Virus record (IMG/VR): IMGVR_UViG_3300002134_000110 | Source of the DNA: a virus | DNA length: 64,000 nucleotides | Direction: 5' to 3' (one strand) | Part shown: positions 63,639 through 64,000 of the stretch, piece by piece | How positions within the stretch are numbered: the first letter of the stretch is position 1 | Layout of the letters: each line of letters opens with the position of its first letter | Notes under the pieces: generated by a model | What the model was told of the DNA's origin: nothing | Seen by the model: the letters and a program-made list of their open reading frames with translations, nothing else | The model's database searches: none | Program-made: the position numbers and the translations under genes

Positions 63639-63743
63639 ATGCAAACTATTAAAATTAAATTAATTCTTTTATTAATAAATATAATAAGACCCCTTAGAAG
63701 ATTATTAAAATCTATAGACTATAAATTAATAGACTTAGTCTAA
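63639..63743 (+). CDS. hypothetical small protein (34 aa)
   Basis: Hand-translated MQTIKIKLILLLINIIRPLRRLLKSIDYKLIDLV, 44 nt downstream of promoter copy 3. Very low complexity, so doubtful. Confidence 0.25.
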   Translation: MQTIKIKLILLLINIIRPLRRLLKSIDYKLIDLV

Positions 63744-63755
63744 ATAAAAAAAAAG

Positions 63756-63784
63756 TTGACACGAGTTCACTTTGATAATATAAA
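63756..63784 (+). promoter_or_regulatory. early promoter module copy 4 (TTGACA-17 nt-TATAAA)
   Basis: TTGACACGAgttcactTTGATAATATAAATGTAAC: consensus -35, 17-nt spacer, near-consensus -10. It lies 24 nt upstream of the ATG at 63808, the same geometry as copy 1. Confidence 0.65.
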
Positions 63785-63807
63785 TGTAACTAATAAAAAT
63801 TATACTT

Positions 63808-63981
63808 ATGACTTCTATTCAAAAACAATTTAAACTTACAACATCATTCCAAATTATTTACTCACATGAACATAAACTATATGACTTTACAATATTTGAC
63901 TTAGCTACTAAAAAAGTTTTATATCACTATCACTTTGAAAACTTAAAAGATATTAATAAATTAATTCAACAATATAAATAA
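63808..63981 (+). CDS. hypothetical early protein (57 aa)
   Basis: Hand-translated MTSIQKQFKLTTSFQIIYSHEHKLYDFTIFDLATKKVLYHYHFENLKDINKLIQQYK downstream of promoter copy 4. Another ATG ORF begins at 63989 and runs off the window. Confidence 0.5.
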   Translation: MTSIQKQFKLTTSFQIIYSHEHKLYDFTIFDLATKKVLYHYHFENLKDINKLIQQYK

Positions 63982-64000
63982 TACAACTATGATACCATAC

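Noticed and set aside
1-64000. Search for tRNA or rRNA genes, integrase or repressor lysogeny modules, and transposases
   Set aside because: None was recognised by eye in any gap or ORF. A tRNAscan or Infernal run and HMM searches would be needed to exclude small RNAs formally.

Overview
This AT-rich window (about one third G+C by eye) looks like most of a tailed dsDNA phage genome. It is almost wholly coding, with two convergent gene arms and a ~1 kb divergent non-coding control region. All family calls are by-eye motif matches; no searches were run.

Plus strand, 1-14741 (early and DNA-metabolism genes):
- many small ORFs, a KTSC-like protein, a DnaA-domain-IV-like HTH protein and a secreted 3D-domain protein
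- a sigma-70-family sigma factor
- an ERF-type annealase, a PD-(D/E)XK nuclease and an SSB-like protein ending in DDLPF
- a T7 gp4-like primase-helicase
- a ThyA homologue with Asp at the dUMP/dCMP specificity position, followed by MazG-like NTP pyrophosphatase genes
- a DUF1064-like nuclease and class I RNR beta and alpha subunits

A bidirectional terminator sits at ~14.78 kb.

Minus strand, 62817 down to 14840 (late genes, in transcription order):
- about 14 kb of fibre genes: two ~975-aa fibres, a LamG-domain protein and four glycine-rich paralogues
- GroEL plus GroES
- a holin-like ORF plus an M15 peptidase
- a cluster of small basic proteins sharing an MPFKMK start
- large terminase, portal, scaffold and major capsid
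- tail and internal-protein candidates, ending in a 2719-aa giant protein (podovirus/T7-like module order, by inference)

The control region at 62.82-63.81 kb holds three exactly 30-bp-phased repeats, a GC-rich (~55-60 percent) repeat island and two of the four copies of a conserved TTGACA-17-TATAAA-type early promoter module.

Shine-Dalgarno motifs are essentially absent. I recognised no integrase, tRNA, rRNA or CRISPR array.

Most interesting hypotheses:
1. The GC-rich iteron-like island is an origin, packaging site or terminus element.
2. The ThyA(Asn->Asp) gene plus the MazG-like genes form a cytosine C5 DNA-modification pathway.
3. The phage carries a self-contained GroEL/GroES chaperonin pair.
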